From a virus (taxonomy: Duplodnaviria; Caudoviricetes), in IMG/VR virus record IMGVR_UViG_3300008262_000294, positions 1-24,498 of that record: 24,498 bases of DNA, one strand, 5' to 3'. The notes under the pieces were generated by a model. The model was given only the letters and a program-made list of their open reading frames with translations, was not told the origin of the DNA and searched no databases. Shown here piece after piece: positions 23,152 to 24,498 of the stretch; position 1 is the stretch's first letter, and each line of letters opens with the position of its first letter. The translations under genes were made by a program, and so were the position numbers.

Positions 23152-24498
23152 AATTAAACCATTTGATCAAGTCTTGCTAGATGCAGCTAAAGCTAATGTA
23201 TCTGATGATAGAAACCAGCGATTAATCTTTGAGTATTACAAAAGAGCTGGCTATTTACCAGCCAAGGATATTCAAGGTCGCACTTTTAAGTCCTTACAAG
23301 ATTATCTATCTGCTGTACAACGTTTAGTTGAAAAAGAGCGCCTTAGAAATCCAAGCGCTAAACCTACTGAATGGTTAAAAGCTGCAGAAGCTAGGCTTGG
23401 ATTTAATAGACAAATTAGAACAGCAAAAACTGGAAAAGATCTTTCTATTGTTGCTAGTAAACAACTAGAAGATCCGAGACAAAAGCTTATCAAAAATCGA
23501 GTTGGTGCTGTATTTCCGTTAGAAATTAGAAACAACGGTAAGGTTACTTTCGATAAACGCAAATACATGTCAGCAGAAGGTGGAATACCAAGACCTGTTT
23601 ATGATTTTATTGCATCTAAACACGGTACAGAAGTTGCCAATACATATCAAAAAGCTGTTCGTAAAGAATGGAAAGATATGGGTGTTGCTGCTAAAGAGTT
23701 AGAAGCTAAAACAGGTATTCCATTTGAACGCGGTCATTGGTTGGCTAACAAGTATGGAGGAGCAGAAAGCGCTAGGGCTGGTGCACTTCAAATTGCTGAG
23801 TTAAACAGATTACAAAGTGATGCTGCAAGGGGTGATTTAGGTTCTCTTAAAGAGACAGGTAGAGTATCTCTTGGATGGTTAGACGATTTCTATGAGTGGG
23901 ATTTAAATAAGAATGAACTAAATGTACTTGGGTCTAAAGATCTAAATTTAGCTGATTTGGTGGCTATTTCAAATAAAGAAGTAGATCCTAATGTAATGCT
24001 TAGTAGGCGTGAAACTGAGGCAAAACTAGGTACACTTAATCCTGATCCAGTTGGGTTTAACTTTATTGGAACACAAATTGATAGGGATCAAACTATTAGT
24101 CAAAAAGCAGAAATTAAAAAAACTGCAGTAAAGCCTAAGGCTAGCCTAATGCCAAACAGAGCCGCACTAACAGCTATGGCTGCTGGTGGTATTGCAGCTT
24201 TAGGTCCACTTGGTACTGCTGCTAGCGCTGCTGAAACTGCTGGTAGGACACAAATTGCTCAACAAACAAAGGACCCTGCTGATATTGCACAAGCTGCAAT
24301 TGCTGGTATCTCTTCTTTGGGTGATGTAGCAACGTACAACCCTGTAACTGCTATACCTGGGGAAGTGGTTTCAACAGCTGCTGATGTTGCTAATATCGTC
24401 ATTGATAAAGCCAGAGCACCTAAAGCAAAGCCAGTTCAAATAGATCAAATTATACCTAAGCCAAAAGCCGTAATGGCTAACACCCCTACTGGTGTAGC
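23138..24498 (+). CDS. Large ORF (>453 aa, runs off the window) with a putative His-Me finger nuclease motif and Ala/Gly-rich C-terminal module; not in the ORF track
   Basis: Manual translation, no stop to the window end: MAPQKIKPFDQVLLDAAK...TGIPFERGHWLANKYGGAESARAGALQIAELNRLQ...AMAAGGIAALGPLGTAASAAETAGR...; GGAG RBS. Confidence 0.85.
   Translation, partial: MAPQKIKPFDQVLLDAAKANVSDDRNQRLIFEYYKRAGYLPAKDIQGRTFKSLQDYLSAVQRLVEKERLRNPSAKPTEWLKAAEARLGFNRQIRTAKTGKDLSIVASKQLEDPRQKLIKNRVGAVFPLEIRNNGKVTFDKRKYMSAEGGIPRPVYDFIASKHGTEVANTYQKAVRKEWKDMGVAAKELEAKTGIPFERGHWLANKYGGAESARAGALQIAELNRLQSDAARGDLGSLKETGRVSLGWLDDFYEWDLNKNELNVLGSKDLNLADLVAISNKEVDPNVMLSRRETEAKLGTLNPDPVGFNFIGTQIDRDQTISQKAEIKKTAVKPKASLMPNRAALTAMAAGGIAALGPLGTAASAAETAGRTQIAQQTKDPADIAQAAIAGISSLGDVATYNPVTAIPGEVVSTAADVANIVIDKARAPKAKPVQIDQIIPKPKAVMANTPTGV

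Noticed and set aside
1-24498. Repeated phage RNA polymerase promoter consensus, tRNA or rRNA genes
   Set aside because: No repeated 15-23 bp intergenic motif or cloverleaf found by eye; a MEME and tRNAscan-SE run on the full genome would be needed

Overview
This is the late (structural, lysis and packaging) region of a T7-like cyanopodovirus (Autographiviridae-like) infecting picocyanobacteria. All supported genes are on the + strand. Order: portal C-terminus, small overlapping ORF, scaffold, an accessory island (hli, four tiny Lys-rich peptides, rlpA-like lytic transglycosylase, a free-standing single-motif LAGLIDADG endonuclease overlapping the 5' end of psbA, psbA, a 65-aa ORF), structured leader, major capsid, two small Gly/Thr/Ala-rich genes, T-phi-like terminator, tail tubular A and B, three internal virion (ejection) proteins, beta-helix tailspike plus probable chaperone, holin-like gene, C39-like+GH73 endolysin, small terminase, then a cluster of HNH/His-Me-like genes ending in a >453-aa ORF that the ORF track missed. 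Main leads: (1) the LAGLIDADG gene abutting a psbA with a divergent 5' end; (2) the last ORF, with an ERGH-type nuclease motif, a hydrophobic Ala/Gly C-terminal module and a hairpin masking its RBS, resembling a polymorphic effector; (3) an ejection protein carrying a GH73 domain very similar to the endolysin's plus an apparently circularly permuted M23 peptidase. All family assignments come from motif recognition by eye; no database search was run.
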